Shown piece by piece: positions 62,486 to 64,000 of a stretch of 64,000 nt of DNA. Below the pieces are notes generated by a model that searched no databases, was not told where the DNA came from, and saw only the letters and a program-made list of their open reading frames with translations. The position numbers and the translations under genes are program-made. Within the stretch, counting starts at the first letter, position 1; each line of letters starts with the position of its first letter. Source of the stretch: Schmidtea nova (lineage: Eukaryota); the NCBI GenBank assembly GCA_044892505.1, contig CM097883.1, positions 388,368,001-388,432,000 of the forward strand. Direction: 5' to 3'.

Positions 62486-64000
62486 TTCTGAATAATATAT
62501 TGAGAAATGTTTATTTTTCAAACTAATTAATATTATATAAAATTAATTGAAATTAATTGAAATTTAAAATAAAAATTTATTATAAAAATATGAGATTTTT
62601 ATTTTAATAAAAAAATTTTAATAAAAAAATTGTTTTATTTATTGATATGTCAATTTATATTTATTTTAAATTTTAATTAAAAAGTTTAAATGTTAATCTA
62701 TAATTTGCTTATATTTAATTATCATTAACATTTTTAATTATTTTTCAATTTTTCTCTTTTATTTTATAATTTCTGATATTTTCATGCTTTATGATTGTAA
62801 ATCAAAATTATTTCATTGCAACACGACTTTTAAGAACTTCCTCATTTCCAGTCTCAGTTTTTGTAAAGACTAATAAAAGCAAATTACAAAGTTAATGTTT
62901 CAATGCAAATACTTTAGAAATTGTCTTAAAATATGAAAAATTTACTTTGTAGTTAATATAATAATACTTACTATTTAAAATAAAAAAAGTTGAAATATTA
63001 AAGTTTTTTAGTTGAAAATAATTTTAAAATATTAAAAAACATTTCAATGTTTTAAAATTATTTTTAAAATTTTTAGAAATAATAAATTGCAATATTGTTA
63101 ATTTATTTATTTTAATAAATGGGGTATAATATTTTAAATAATTAGTCGGTATTTACATTTAAAAGTTTTGTAATTAATTTTCAATAGATTAATGAATTTC
63201 AAAAAATTAAATAATTTCAAAAAATTAATTTTTTTTTGTTTTTATATTTATTTATTTTGTCATGCATCTATTTTCATTTTCATTTCTTTTGTAAATTGAA
63301 TTCATTTAAATGTAAAGTCATTTTTAAAGTTTTATCTTCAAAAAGAAGTAAAAATTAAGAATTTCGACAATTCTTCCTCACTGAGTCTGTGTCTGAGAAT
63401 CTGCTCTGTCTGCTTTCTGTTTAATCATTTATATTTTCATTTCCTTGGTGATATCGGAGTGCTTCATTTAAATAATCGATTAAACTCAATATTTTTTTTC
63501 AGTTTCCTTTGTATGATCTGTCTAGTTATTATTTTTTTCCATTGCTTCGAACCTTTTTGTTTAATTTTCTAGAAGCTTAATAAAATTCACTAAAATTCAG
63601 CATTGATTTAGTATTTATGACATCCAAGAAAAAGACTTATTTATTAAATTCAATTATTCGCTTCTCAACAATTTATAGCAAGAAACTTGAGATAAGAGAA
63701 AATTACCGAAAAAGATTAATTGCAAACTCTTATATTTAAATGAACTAATTGAGAAAAAAAGTGACACTACCAAAATGAGCAATTGCTATTGCAAGCCAAT
63801 ACGAAACATTAGTTTAGCAATTTTTATGGAAGAATTCGTTAATCAAATTAAAGGAAAATTTGTTGACTTTCACATTTTATTGTTTTAAAAAACAATTTCT
63901 AACATTTTCTGTGATATTTTCAAAAATAAATTTTTTAATTTACTGAGTAAATAACCCATGTATCAGAATTATATATTTTCGATTAACTTATATTGAAACC

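Overview
Very AT-rich eukaryotic (invertebrate animal) genomic DNA with four assembly gaps (28835-29014, 36679-36865, 42184-42420, 59109-59253). No rRNA, intact tRNA or CRISPR array was seen. Two host genes are supported. (1) The 3' part of an LRR gene resembling PPP1R37/LRRC68 on +: five exons that splice in frame (12198-12494, 24372-24836, 31545-31655, 36300-36561, 47581-48110), introns of 4.6-11.9 kb, and a 5' end not found in the window. (2) An intronless, divergent innexin on - (61250-62485). The introns and intergenic DNA are filled with decayed transposons: Ty3/Gypsy, Penelope-like (PLE), mariner, Tc1, pogo/Tigger, hAT, Merlin and piggyBac-type MITEs. Several have TIRs and TSDs readable by eye. 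The most interesting signal is RNA-level: minimal type I hammerhead-ribozyme motifs in head-to-head inverted repeats. One motif with a canonical CUGAUGA core sits in an inverted PLE duplication (20594-22080). A separate short non-coding repeat family (about 28.3-28.6 kb and 40.1-40.4 kb) has a consensus core UUGAUAA, i.e. a compensated U3-A8 variant. All homology calls are from motif recognition, not database searches.
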